Of a DNA stretch of 64,000 bases, positions 38,978-53,038 are shown piece after piece. Below the pieces are notes generated by a model, which saw nothing but the letters and a program-made list of their open reading frames with translations, did no database searches and was not told where the DNA came from. The stretch is taken from the NCBI RefSeq assembly GCF_009914755.1, contig NC_060947.1; one strand, given 5' to 3'. The DNA comes from the human T2T-CHM13v2.0 reference genome, Homo sapiens. Positions within the stretch are counted from its first letter, which is position 1, and every line of letters begins with the position of its first letter. The position numbers were made by a program, and so were the translations under genes.

Positions 38978-41304
38978 TTATGCTTGAACAACATAGTGGT
39001 TTGGGGTACCAACCCCCTGCACAGGCACAAATCCACTTATAACTTTTGACTTCCCAAAAACTTAACTACCAATAGCCTACTGTTGCCTGGAAGCCTCACC
39101 AATAACATAAACAACACATATTTCATATGTTATATGTATTATATACTGTGTTCTTACAATTAAGTAAGTTAGAGAAAAGAAGAGGTTATTAAGTAAATCA
39201 TATGGAAGAGTAAACATATTTACTATTCACTAAATGAAATGGAATCATCATAAAGGTCTTCATCCTTATTATCTTCATATTGAGTAGACTGAGGAGAAGG
39301 AGGAAGAGGAAGGGTTGCTCTTGCTGTCTTGGGGATGACAGAGGCAGAAGTGAAGGAGGTGGAAGAGGAGGCAGGAGAGGCAGGCCCACCCAGTGCAAAT
39401 TTATGGAAATACATCATAATTTCTCTCTAACTTTTTGCTTTTTTATTTCTCTAAAAAATGTTTCTATATAATACCAATCCTTCTTCCACCATTTGCTTTA
39501 GCTTCAGGTCCTGTATCATAGAAGGGTTCATGCTGTAAAGGAAGTCAGAAGCTGTCTTGAGTAATCAGAACCCTTCTGTTCAATTGTCTAATGTCAATTT
39601 GTTTCCCAGCACTGCTTCTTTTATGTCTTTGTCCTCATGGTCCAGCACTAGTTAGGAAGCACTCATCTCCATAAAGTTGTCTTCTGTTATTTCCTCTGGC
39701 ATGGTGTCTATTAGCTCTATAATTTCTCCAAGATCCATATCTTGAAATCCTTCAACACCCATCTTTTTTTTTTTTGCCATATCCACAACCTCTTTCATGA
39801 TTTCCCTGTTTATTGTCATAAATTCTGTAAAGTCATGCACAACATCTGGACACAGTTGCTTTTTCCAGCAGTAATTTACTGTTTCAGGCTTGATGGCTTT
39901 CACAGGTTTTTCTAAACAATTATGGCATATTCAATAGTGTAATCCTTCCAGACTTTCATGATGTTCTTTCTATTGAGGTTCTCTTCCAAAACATTGACAA
40001 TCTTTCTATACAGTAACCTGTGTGGTGAGTCTTAGAAGTCCTTATGACCCCCTGATCTAAGGCTGAATTAGAATTGTGTTTGGGGGCAAGTAGACCACTT
40101 CAACACCTTCAGTGTTGAACCCATGGAGTTCTGGGTGGCCAGGAGCATTGTCCAATATCAAAAGAACTTTAAAAGGCAGTCTCTTACTGACAAGGTACTT
40201 CCTGTCTTCAGGGACAAAGGATCGATGGAACCAATCCAGAAAAAAATTTTTTTATTGTCCAGGCCTTCTTGCTGTGCAACAAAAAGATCGGCAGCTGGTG
40301 TTTATCTTTTCCCTTCAAGGCTCAGGGGTTAGCACCTTTATAGATAAGGGCAGCCCTGATCATGAACCTGGACTGCCTTTGCCCGAAATTGCAAAGTTAG
40401 ACTATCCCTTCCTGCCTTAAATCCTGGTGCTCGCTTCTCTTCCTTACTACTAAATGTCCTTTATGACATTTTTTTTTTTCCAGTATAAGGCACTTTCATC
40501 TGCATTAAATCCTGTTCAGGCAGATATCCTTTCTTATCAATGATTTTCTTTTTTCTTTCTTTCTTTCTGTTTTTTGGATAACAAAGGATCTCCAAATTAT
40601 ATTGAAAAATAAATCATAATTAATATTACTCAAAAATTTTCAGCATACTTTTCAAAAATGATTTATGTAAAAGAGAAGAAAATACACATAATTTTAAAAT
40701 ATCTTAAACTCTTTTATTCCTTACTATAGACATTAATTTTGTCTTTTGTTTTCTTTCAATTTTCTACAATTTTCAACTTGTACCTGTGTTTAATAGGTAA
40801 GACATTAACTGATTGCTTTTCTCAATCTAAGGATTATATAGTTTTAGTATAAATATATATCACATATTTTGGTAAAATTTTGACAAAACTGAATAATCAT
40901 GCCTTGTTTTAAGTCCATACTCCTTCCACTGTTTATCAAATCTGATTTAATGGTCAAAAAATTCTTGGTTGTCATTCTTCTTTTACAAGTCTTCCTGCTA
41001 AACTGCCAACCAGTTTTTACGTAGTAATAAAAAGCAGTAAGAAAGCCAAAGAAATGGTGTCTGGGAACATCTCTGCTACCTCTTAGTCAACAGAAGCTGC
41101 TTCTCCTGTTATTTTGATATTTTTTAAGCCAAACTGCTTTCTAAAATTTGTGAAAATACAGTATTTGTGGGATGCGTATACAGAGGGCTGACTTTGCTCA
41201 CACATAGGTTCTGAAGGGCTGACTGTAGGACTGTAGTATGTGTGGATTTTGATATATGAGTGGGGTCCTGGAACCAACCCTTCATGTATACCAAGGGAGG
41301 ATTG
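38972..41304 (-). mobile_element. Tigger2-like (pogo/Tc1-mariner) DNA transposon with degenerate transposase
   Basis: TIR-like ends 'cag..ttta.gcttgaacaac' and 'ggggtcctggaaccaa...ccaagggaggattg|ta'; peptides FRKQFGLKNIKITGEAASVD, KKIIDKKGYLPEQ.FNADESALYW, MKAIKPETVNYCWKKQLCPDVVHDF. Confidence 0.85.
40551..41052 (-). other. Unidentified ~500-bp AT-rich insertion with a degenerate poly(A) tail
   Basis: Interrupts the transposase between ...FPDTI and KKIID...; (TTTC)n/T tail at 40551-40575; site ttctt|aa. Confidence 0.6.
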
Positions 41305-42718
41305 TAAAATATTATCTGTAAAGTTTCTGTAGATGCTTGTTATCAAGTTCAGGATGTTCTCGTTTGTTCCTAGCTTTCTGAGATTTTTTTTATTATTATA
41401 AATGGATGTTAAATTTGCTAAATGCTTTTTCTGCATCAACTGTTATGATCCTGTGATTTTTCTTTTTTAAACTGTTAATATTGTGGATAACATGGAGTGT
41501 TTCCAAATGGTGAACCAGCCTTGCAATCCCGAGATAAACTCCACTTGGTCATGGTGTATTATTCTTTTTATATATTCCTGAATTTTATTTGTAAATCTTT
41601 TGCTGATTTTTAAAATTTAAGTTCATAAAAGATATTTATTTATAATTGTCTTTTTCTGTACTGTCTTTGTCTTGTTTTGGTATCAGAGTTATAAAATGAG
41701 TTGGGAATTCTTCCTTTCTCTTCTACTTTCTAGAAGACATTATGTAAAAGTGGCACTAATTCTTCTTTAAACATCTGGGAAAATTCTCCAGTGAAACCAT
41801 CTAGGTATGGATATTTCCTTTTCAAGAGTGTTTAACTACAAATTCATTTCCTTAAGGTATATAGGGCAATTTAGATTATATATTTCATGTTGTTTAAGTT
41901 GTGACAGTTAGCTAATAATTTCTTATAAATTTTTGCATCTATATTCATGAGGGGTTTTGGTCTGTAGTTTTCTTTTTTGTACTCTTTTTGATTTTCATAT
42001 CAGGGTAATACTAACTTCATAAAATGGATTGGGAAGTAAGTATTCCCTGCTCTTCTGTTTTTCAGAAGAGAATGTGCAGAATTGGTTTGGTTTTACTTTT
42101 TCAATGTTTAATAAAATTCTCCAATGAAGCCATCTAGGTCTGGAGATTTTTGGAGGGAGTTTTACAATTATGAATTCAACTTCCTTAACAGTGATAGTGC
42201 TATTCAAATTGTTTATTTTGGTAGTTTGTGCTGTGCAAGGAATTGGTCCATTTTATCTAAGTTGTCAAATTTCTGTGTAGAGTTTTTGGTAATATTCCCC
42301 TATTTTTCTTTTGATTTCTGTCAGATCTGTGATATTCTCTGCTTCATTTCTGATAGTAGTGATTTGTATCTTCTCTCTTTTCAATCTTGCTAGAGGTCAA
42401 TTGTATTGACCTTTTAAAAAAACTAGCTTTTTGCTTCATTGATTTTCTCTTGCTTTTCTATTTTCAAATCCATTGATTTTTATCTTATCTTTATTATTTC
42501 TTACCTTCTGCTGCTTTGAGTATATTTTGCACTTCTTAGATTCTTGAAGTATAAGCTTACATGATTGATTTAGCTTACATATTAATTTGATACCTTTCGT
42601 TTTTCCTAATGTACATATGCTTTTAGTGCTATACATTTCCCTCCCAACTCTGCGTTAGCCATGTCCCACATGTCTTTATAACTGCTGTTTTCATTTTCAT
42701 TCATTTCAATGCATTTTT

Positions 42719-43005
42719 TTTTTGAGACAGAATCTCACTCTGTCGCCCAGGCTGAAGTGCAATGGCATGATCTCGGCTCACTGCAACCTCTGCCTCCAGG
42801 GTTCAAGTGATTCTCATGCTTCAGCCTCCTGAGTAGCTGGGATTACAGGCACACACTGCCACGCCTGACTAATTTTTTGTACTTTTAGTAAAGATGGGTT
42901 TCGCCATGTTGCCCAGGCTGGTCTCGAACTCCTGAGCTCAGGCAATCCGCCCACCCTGGCCTCCCGAAGTGCTAGGATTACAGGCGTGAACCACTGTACC
43001 CGGCC
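42719..43005 (-). mobile_element. AluS (AluSz/Sx-like)
   Basis: Full dimer; 17-bp TSD catttcaatgcattttt at 42702-42718 and 43006-43022. Confidence 0.95.
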
Positions 43006-43683
43006 CATTTCAATGCATTTTTAAATTTTCTTGGAGACTTCCTCTTTGACTGATGGTTTATTACGAAGTGTGTTGTTTAATTTCCAAGTATTTGGCGATT
43101 TTCTTGATTTCTTTCTGTTATTGATTTCTAGTTTGATTCCATTGATCACATTAGAGAATGCTGTGATTTCAATTATTTTAAATTTGTTGAGGTGTGTTTT
43201 AGGGCCCAGGATGTGGCCTATCTCAGTATATGTTCTATGAACACTTGAAACAAATGCGTAATATGCTGTTGCTGGATGGAGTGTTCCATAAATGTCATCT
43301 AGAACCTTTCAGTTGACGATGTATTGTTGAGTTCTTCATCTTTGCAGATTCTGTCTAGCAGTTGTATCTGTTGTTGAGAGTGGAGTGCTGAAGTACCCAG
43401 CTATAATTGTAGATTTGTCCATTTCTCCTTTTAGCTCTCTCAGTTTCTACTTCATGTGTTTTGAGACTCCATTGTTTGGTACATACACATCTAGGACCAT
43501 TATGTTTTCCTAGTGCATTATTATTTTATCATTATGTAATGTCTGCCTGTCTCCAATAATTTTCTTTGCTCTGAAGTCTTTTTTGATGATAATGTAGCCA
43601 CTAATGCTTTTGTAAAATTAATATTTGCATGGTATGTTTTCTCCATTGTTTTACTGTCAACTTACCTATGATGTTGTATTTAG

Positions 43684-43980
<297 letters not shown>

Positions 43981-46449
43981 TAAGTCTGCTACTTTATTAT
44001 TTGTTTACCCTTTGCTTCCTCTGGTTCTTGTCCTCCATTTGTTTCTTCTTTGTATTCTCATGCTTTACTTAAATCTATTTTAGGATTCCATCTTGGTTTA
44101 TGTTTTATGGTTTTTAGCATATTACATTGTATAATTTTCTTAGCATTTACTCTAGATATTACAGAATATGTATTAATTTATCATAGTTTACAGTCTACAT
44201 TTTATAAGTTCGAGTGAAGTGTGGAAATTTTACTTCCATTTAGGTCCTTCTACCCTTCCTACTTTTAAAATGTAATTATCTTAAATATTTCCTCTATACA
44301 CATTCAGTATCAAATAAGATGGCATTATAACTTTTGCTTCATTCATCCAAGATGATTTAATAAACTCGTGAGAAAAATAGTTTATTATACTTATCACTAT
44401 GTTTGCCTATTCTGAATTTCTTCTTTTCTTTATGTAGTTTCAAGCCTTTTTCTGTTATCATTTCCTGTCTGTTTGAGAACTTCCTTTAGGCATTCATTAA
44501 GGGTGGGATTCTTAGCAACAACATCTTTTAGTTTTTCTTCATCTGAAAATACCTTTATTTCCCCTTCATTATTGAAGGATATTTTTGCCAGATACATAAT
44601 TTGGGGTTGACAGTTCTTTTCTTTCAGCACTTGAAAAATGTACCACTTCCTTCTGTACTCCATGGTTCCTGAAGAAAAATCCACTGTCATTTGAATTAGT
44701 GTTCCTCTTTAAGTAATGTGCCATTATTCTCTGATTGCTCATAAGGGTTTTTTTCTGCTTCTTTTAGTTTTCAGAATGTTAAATGCAATGTGCCTTGGCA
44801 TGGATTTCTTTGGGTTTATTATGTTTAGATCCCTCAGATTCTTTAATCTGTAGGTTTATGTTTTTCATAAATTTTGAAAATTTTCAGCCATTATTTCTTT
44901 GACTAATTTTTCTTACTCTCTCCGCTCTTCCTCTCTTTCTGGGTTTCCAATGATAGAAACGTTTGGATCTTTTGTTATTGCCCACAGATCCCTGAGCCCC
45001 CTCTTCTTCTTCTTCTTTTTTTTGTTTTGTATTGTTTTGTTTTGTTTTCTTTAGATTACTTTCTCTTTGTTGTTCAGGTTGGGTGAATTATACTGATGTG
45101 TCCTCAAGCTCATTAACTCTATCTTCTTTCATCTTTACACTACTAATTAACCCATCCAGTGAGTTATTTTATTTTTGTTATTGTATTTTTCAGTTCTTTA
45201 ATATCCATTTGTTTCTTTTTTATAATCTCAATTTCTTTGCTGAGATTTTCTATTTCATTAATTTGTTTGAAGTGTATTTGTGATTGCTGGTTGAGCATTT
45301 TTATGATGATTTATTTAACATTCTTGTTAAATAATTCTAATATCTGAATCACCTTGGTGTTGACATCTGTTGATCATCTTTACTCATTCATTGTTGTGAT
45401 TTTCTTGGTTCTGGGTATGATTAATGATTTTATTATCATACCCTAGACAATTTGCATATTATATTTTGAGACTTTGGATGGTATTCAATTTTACTTTTTA
45501 GCGGGCAGTCTTTGTGTTAAAGTGTAATGTAAGGGCCAGGTGGACATATTGTTCATTTTCTTGCTAGGCCCCACTAACACCACTCTGGCAAAATAGAGCG
45601 CTGACTGACAAAGCCTTATTGCTGATAGGTGGAGTGGAAGTTCAGCTTACCCTGGGCCCTGCTGGGGAAAGTGGGGTACTAAATTGCCCTGCCTTGTTGC
45701 CACTGAGTAGGATGTAAGCCCAGCTTCCCACCAGCCCATGCTAGGGAAGAGGGAAATAGAGACTGATCCATATTGCCTTTTTGCTGCAAGGTGAAAGAGA
45801 AATCTCAAATCCCTGCTGGGTCCATCTGATACCAAGTTGAAAGGGAGGAACAAAAGTGCAGTCTAGAGCTGCCTATTCTTCCTTATTCAGTCTTGTTGCT
45901 GCTAGGCAAGGGTATGGAGGTTCAGCTCCCCACTAGTCTTTGCTGATACCAGTGATTGGGTGGAAAATGGACTGCTGGCCATCCCTGACTTGCAGGACTG
46001 AGTAGGGGTGGAAGTAAAGGTTTCCAATCCACCTCACTAATACCTGAGGTGGGGGTTACTTGGTAAAGTCTAGTGCTGATTTAGCCCCATCTCGTACCAC
46101 CTCATTAAGTCTGCCAGGTGGGAGTGGAGACTCAACTCCCCTCCTGACCTTCCTTACACTACCCTGATGGGGAAGTGGTAGCATGCTTGGGCCCCTGACA
46201 CCTCTGGGCAGGGGAATCAGAGGACCGACATCTGCTTACATGAGAATTGGGGATGGGGTGGAGTGGAATATCAACTTCCCACTTTGCTAGGCTGAAACCA
46301 CAGGAGAGGGATGGTTTTTCTGTTGGTGTTGACTAAAGTAGGGTGGGTAATTTCAGAAAGGTTTTCTGTTATTTAGGCCACCTTTTCCACAGTCCTTTTA
46401 CTAGGGGAAAAGGCTTTTCCTGGAGGAGTTTTTTAATTAAAAAAAAAAT

Positions 46450-49400
46450 ACTTTTTTTAACAGCAGCTTTAATATTACAGCAAAATTAAAAGAAAGACAG
46501 AGTTCCAATATACCTCTTGCCCCTTCATGTGCATAGCCTCCCCCCTCCCCCATTACCTGCATCCTGTATCAGAATAACACATTTGCTACAATTGATGAAC
46601 CTACATGGACACATCATTGTCACCCAAAGTCCATAGTCTACGTTAGGGTTCACTTTTGATGCTGTACATTCTATAAGTTTGAACAAATATATGATGACAT
46701 GTATCCATCATTACAATACACAGATCACTTTCATTGCCTTAAAAATCCTCTGTGCTCTGCCTATTTATCCCTCCCTTCCAATCCCTGGCAACCACTGATC
46801 TTTTACTACCTTCATAGTTTTCCTTTTCCAGAATGTCATATAGTCAGAATCATACGGTATGTAGCCTTTTCAGATTGGCATCTTTCACTTAGCAATATAC
46901 ATGTGAAATTCCTCTGTGTCTTTTCATGGCTCAATAACTCATTTATTTTTAGTGCTGAATAATATTCCATTGCCTGGATGTGTCACAGTTTATCCATTCA
47001 CCTACTGAAGAACATCTGGGTTGCTTCCAAGTTTTGGCAATTATAAATAAAGCTACTATAAATATCCATGTGCAGGCTTTTGTGCTGACATAGGTTTTCA
47101 ACTCCTTTGGATAAATGTCAAGGAGCATGATTGTCAGATCATATGGTAAGAGTATGTTTCGTTTTGTAAGAATGCCAAACTGTTTTCCAAGTGTCTGTAC
47201 CACTTCGCATTCCCACCAGCAATGAATGAGAGCTCCTACTGCTCCACATCTTCACCAGTATTTGTTGTTGCCAGTTTTCCAGATTCTAATAGGTGTGTAG
47301 CCGTTATCTCATTGTTGTTTTAATTTGCATTTCCTTAAAGAAATAAGATGTGGAGCATCTTCTCACATTCTTATTTGCCATTTGTGTATCTTCTTTGATG
47401 AGATGTCTGTTCAAGCCTTTGGCCCATTGTTTAATCAGGTTGTTTGTTTTCTTATATTGTTGAGTTTTAAGAGTTCTTTGTCTATTTTGGACAGCAGTCC
47501 CTTATCTGATGTGTCTTTTGTAAATGTTTTCTCCCACTCTATGGCTTGTCTTTTCATTCTCTTTGCAGAGCTGAAGTTTTCCATTTTAATGAAGTCCAGG
47601 TTATTAATTCTTTCTTTCATGGTTTGTGCCGTTAGTGTTGTATCTAAAAGTCATTGCCACATCCGGGGTGATTTAAGTTTTTTCTTATGTTATGCTCCAG
47701 GAGTTTTATAATTTTTTCTTTTGCATTTATGTCTATGATTCATTTTGAGTTAATTTTTGTGAGGGGTGTAAGGTCTATATCTACATCCTTTTTTTTTTTT
47801 TTTTTTTTTTTTTTGCTTATCAATGTCCAGTTGTTCTAGCACTATTTGTTGAACAGACTATCTTTGCTCCATTTTACTGCCTTTGCTCCTTTGTCAAAGA
47901 ACAGTTGAGTATATTCCTGTGGGTCTATTTCTGGGTTCTCCATTCTGCTGCATTGATCTATTTGTATATTCTTTTACCAGTAGCACACTGTCTTGATTAT
48001 TCTATCTTTATAGTAAGTCTTGAGGTCAGGTAGTGTCAGTCCTTTGACTTTGTTCTTCTCTGTCAATATTTTACTAACTATTCTGGATCTTTTGCCTCTC
48101 CACATAAACTTTAAAATAAGTTTGTTGGTGTCCACAAAAGAATGTGCTGGAGTATTGATTGGGATTGCACTGAATCTATAGATCAAATTGGGAAAAACTG
48201 GCATCTTAACAATATTGAGTCTTCCTATTCATGAACATGGAATCTCTTTCCATTTATTTAGTTCTTTGATTTTTTCATCAGATTTTTTGTTTTCCTTATA
48301 TAGATCTTGTGCGTATTTTCTTAGATTTATATGTAAGTATTTCATTTTGGGGGTGCTGATATAAACAGTAATATGGTTTTTTTTAATTTTAAATTCCACT
48401 TGTTATTGCTGGTATGTAAGAATGTGATTGACCTTGTGTCCTGTAACCTTGCTATAATGACTTATTGGTTCCAATGGTTTTGTTGCTGTTGTTGTTGATT
48501 CTTTCAGATTTTCTACATAGAGGATCATGTCATCTGCAAACAAAGGCAGTTTTATTTCTGCGTTCCCAATGGGTGTACCTTTTGTTTCCTTTTTTTGTCT
48601 TATTGCTTTAGCTAAGACTTCCAGAACAATGTTGAAAAGGAATGATGAGAGTGGACATACTTGCCTTGTTCCCAATCTTAGTAGGAAAGCTTCTAGTCTC
48701 TTACCATTAAGTATGATAGTAGCAGTTTTTTTTTGTAAATATTCTTTTTCAAGTTGAGGAAGTTCTCAATTCTGAGTTTAATGAGAGTTTTTATCATGAA
48801 TGGGTGTTGGATTTTGTTAAATGGCTTTTCTGCATCTATTGATATGATCATGTGATTTTTCCTCTATAGCCTGCTGATGTGATGGATGACGTTAATTGGT
48901 TTTTAAATGTATAATCAGTCTTGCATACCTAGGATAAATTCCATTTGGTCATAGTATATAATTGTTTTTATACATTATTGGATTTGACTCATCAGTATTT
49001 CATTGAACATTTTTCCATCTATGTTCATGACAGATAGGAATCTGTAGTTTTCTTTCCTTGTAATGTCTTTGTCTGGTTTTTGTATTAGGGTGTTGCTGGC
49101 CTCATTAAATTGAGTTATAACATATTCTCTCTGCTTCTATTCTCTGCAAGATAATGTAGAGAATTTGTGTCATTTCTTCCTTAAGTGTTATGTAGAACTC
49201 ACCAGTGAACCCATCCAGGCCTGGCGCCTTCTGTTTGGAAAGGTTATTAACTATTGATTCAATTTCTTTAATAGATACAGGTTTGTTTTGATTGTATATT
49301 TCTGCTTGTGTGAGGTTTGGCAGATTGTGTCTTTCAAGAAATTGGCTCATTTTATCTAGGTTATCAAACTGGTGAGCCTAGGGTTGTTCACAGTATTATT

Positions 49401-50380
49401 TTATTATGCTTTGAATGTCCATGGGGTCTGTAATGATGTCCCCACTTTCATTTATAATATTAATAGGTCATGTTCTCTTTTTTTCCTTAGCTTTGTCCAG
49501 AGGCTTATCAACTTTATTGATCTTTTTAATAAACTAGCTTTTGGTTTCAATGATTTTTCTCTATTGATTTCCTGTTTTTAATTTCTGCTCTAATTTGTAT
49601 TATATATTTTATTCTGCTTACTTAGGGTTTAATGTGCTTTTTTTTTTCTTTTTTCTTTTTTGAGACTGGGTCTCAGTTTTTGCCCAGGCTGGAGTGCAAT
49701 GGTGCGATCATAGCTCACTGTAATCTCAAACTTGTGCACTCAAGCAATCCTCCCACCTCAGCCTCCTGAGTAGTTGGGACTACAGGCATGCACCACCATA
49801 CCTGGCTAATTTTTTTTTTTTTTTTTTTTTTTTTTTTGTGGAGGCTTGTCTTGCTATGCTGCCCACACTGGTCTTGAACTCCTGACCTCAAGTGATCTTC
49901 CCAGCTCAACCTCCCAAAGTGATGGGATTACAGGTGTGAGCCACCATGCCTACCTAGCCTCTTCTTTTCTAATATTTACATTCAAAGCTATAAATTTCTT
50001 CTTTATCACTGATTTTGCTGCAGTACACAAAGTTTGATAAGTTGTGTTTTCATTTTCTTCAAAATATATTTTCAACTTCTCCTGAGATTTTTGACCCATG
50101 TGTTATTTAGAAATGTGTTGTTTAATCTCCATGAGTTTTGGCGTTTTCCCATTATCTTTCTATTCTTGATCTCTAGTTTAATTCCATCGTGGTCTGAGAG
50201 CAGACATTGTATGAATTCTGTTCTTCTAAATTTGGAAAAGTTTATTTTATGGCCCAGAATGAGATCCATCTTGGTGAATGTTCCATATGAGCTTAAGAAG
50301 TATGTGTATCTACTGTTGTTTGGTAAATGTCAGTTATATCCAGTCGATGGTGTTGGTGTTGAGCTCAGCTACGTCCTACC
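46450..50380 (-). mobile_element. L1MC1-like LINE-1 (~3.9 kb, 5' truncated)
   Basis: L1MC-type 3' end; ORF2 remnants [25 protein letters not shown]...LFADDMILY (48403..48675) and EN-like DLILGHK...SDHDGIKLEI (50072..50269). Confidence 0.85.
49638..49954 (-). mobile_element. AluJ-like element with an expanded A-rich linker
   Basis: Dimeric Alu, 'gatcatagctcactg', long T run at ~49810-49837. Confidence 0.9.
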
Positions 50381-50640
50381 TGTGTGGGGTTTTTATTTCT
50401 TTGTTTTGTTTTTTGTTGTTTTTCTTTTGCCTGTGCCTGTTGACAGTTCCATGTTGGAAGCTTCTGTAGTGTCCTGTCCAGAATATATGGGAGTCAATAT
50501 GGAAACCTATGGAACTCATTGCTATGTTATTTCCCAAGTCTAGGACTCTAGGTTGGTCACCTTTTCTTTCTACTTTCTAGAGGCTTTTTATGCTTTTTTA
50601 TTATGTTATGCCCAGATTTTTGTTTGTTTCTGTAGTTTGC

Positions 50641-50753
50641 TTTTTAAAACACTTTAAATTGTGGTAAAATGCATATGACATAAAATTTACTATCTTAATC
50701 ATTTGCAAGTGTATAGTTCAGTATTGTTAAGTATATTCACATTGTCGTGCAAT
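50641..50753 (-). mobile_element. L1MB3-like 3' terminal fragment
   Basis: 'aaattgtggtaaaat.cata..acataaaattta..atcttaa.catt..aagtgta.agttcagt'. Confidence 0.65.
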
Positions 50754-51884
50754 GTCTCCAGGTTTGTTTAGTTGTAAGGAGAGAGACATGGGAGAAGTAA
50801 GGCTACTTCATATTGGTCAGAACCAGAAGTGACCTATAGTATGTTTTCCTGGCTCTTCTTTTATGTTTTATTTTTTTCCATATGGAATTTAGTATCAAAT
50901 TGTCTAGCAAAATTAAAAAACTTGTTGGTATTTTAAAAATTGAGATTTCATCTTATATGTATAAATTGTTAAACAGAACTGACATCTTTATGATGTTGAG
51001 TCCTCCTATTCAAGAGCAAGGTGTGTCTTTCCATTCATTCATGTCTACTTTTGCATCTTTCAGGAGTGTTTTAGAATGTCCTTTGTAGAGGTTTTGTACA
51101 CTGCATGTCACGTTTATTTCTAAGGATGATTTTTTTTGTAGATAAGGTTTTATTTCCTATTGTGTATTCCCCTTTCATGGTTGTTTGGGAATATGGAATA
51201 AACTAGTGACTTTCAAATCTGGATCTTAGCCCTATCACCTGAGCCCAGACCCAGATTTGTGACAGTTCATCCCACCTACCCATTTAGCTAGTCCTCTCAT
51301 ACCTTCAACTCAATGTGTGCAAAGGTCAACTTGTGTTCTTCCCTGATCACTCCAACCCTCACTTGGACACTCACCAGACACTGAATTTATTTCTGACTCA
51401 TCCCTCTACACCCCCTTACCAGCTAATTGGTCATTCAGTCCTAATAATTCTCTAGCATTCTGGAAGCTATGGTCATGAAATCTATGTGTTAGATGGAACC
51501 ATCAAGTCATCTATCATAACCTCATTTCTGATGCCTAAATTCACTATTCAACATCCCCATTAAGAAGTTTCATGGCATATGCTTGGACATATATTTCCAG
51601 GGACAGGTAACTTACTACCTTATGAGGCAGCCCATTTTATTTCTGGCCATTTTGATCATCACATACTTTTCCATGTATATGTCAGTCAAATCCATCCCCT
51701 TCTTTCTAAAATTATCACCCCGTGCTTGCTCAGCACCCACTCCACCCACAGTGACCCTTCTGCAACAGTTCTGCCAGGTTCCAGCACACACAGACTGAAG
51801 GGTAAAATTTTTCACCTAATATCCATCGCATTTTGTGATGCTGGCCCCAGCCTACATCTACCACTTCATGGCTTACCACAGAGA

Positions 51885-52014
51885 GAGGAGAAGAAGGAGA
51901 AGGAGGAGAAGGAGAAGAAGAAGAAGAAGAAGAAGAAGAAGAAGAAGAAGAAGAAGAAGAAGAAGAAGAAGAAGAAGAAGAAGAAGAGGAAGAGGAAGAG
52001 GAAGAGGAAGAGGA

Positions 52015-52050
<36 letters not shown>
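51885..52050 (+). repeat. Polypurine trinucleotide tract with ~24 pure GAA (51914-51985), flanked by GAG/GAGGAA variants
   Basis: Read directly. Confidence 0.97.
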
Positions 52051-52589
52051 CAGGGAACGAAGGAGCAAAAATACACTAGCTTTCCAAAGGTCCATACGAA
52101 CATTAGTTGTGGATATTCCTTCTTTCCTGCTGTATCAGTGGGGGTTGCAGGGAACTGGGAGCACTGGTATTTTCAGTAGGAAGGCTGTCAGTGATAGTAA
52201 TTACCCTGGGGTACTCTCAGTGTGGACTCAATAATGGATGCTACTAAGCACTTGACACAATTGGGATATAGAGATATACACACTGCTATCAGACCAATAA
52301 CTCAATATAACACCAATGACTATAAATACAAAGCAGACTATAGATTACTACCTCCTCCGTGAACTCTCATAGGACATTTCTATGTCCTATGACATAGAAG
52401 GTACAGAGTGCTTGCAGCCTTATGGTGTAATTATTTATAGAAGGTTAGTTCCTGTAGGGCAGTTCTTTTTTATCCATGTCTGCATCTCCCACTCTGTCTT
52501 CTTCCCTTATCAGAATCTCATGCACTCTTTAGGGTCCCACTCAGATGTCACTTCTGCTGGAAATCTTTCTCTGGTCTCTTTAGCCAGAA

Positions 52590-52915
52590 GTCAGTCTACA
52601 AACACTTCCCTAAGCACCCTCTCTGTGCTAGGTACTGTGCTAAGCACTGAGTATGACATGCTGGTAAACCTTTGGAACTTTCCCTGGAGAAAGTGGGAAG
52701 CCACCATATTTTCAAGCAAGGAAGATGGTCAGAGCAGTGTTGTGGAAAGGTTTCTCTACCACAGTATGGAGGACAAATGGGAAAGCCAAGACTGGAGGCA
52801 GGGGAAGCCCCCTGGGAGGTGGCTGTGGCAGGAGTCCAGGGAAGAGATGATGAGGATAAACCGGGGCAGTGGAAGGACACAGACCTGGCAGACGGTTGAG
52901 AGGCAGAATTAACAG
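52590..52915 (-). mobile_element. L2 fragment
   Basis: 'aagcaccctctctgtgctaggtactgtgctaagcactg', 'agactggaggcagggg...ggaggtggctgtggcaggagtccagg'. Confidence 0.6.
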
Positions 52916-53038
52916 ATGGCTATTACTCCAAAGACAGATTTGAATGATGTGTCACTCATACAGAGATGCGGGCTGGAATCTGTGATAGAAATATTATCAT
53001 CGGCAACTGTGGATGGTATTCAACACAAGGACTTGAAT

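Noticed and set aside
51579-52179. Poly-K/R/S/L ORFs
   Set aside because: Translations of the GAA/GAG repeat
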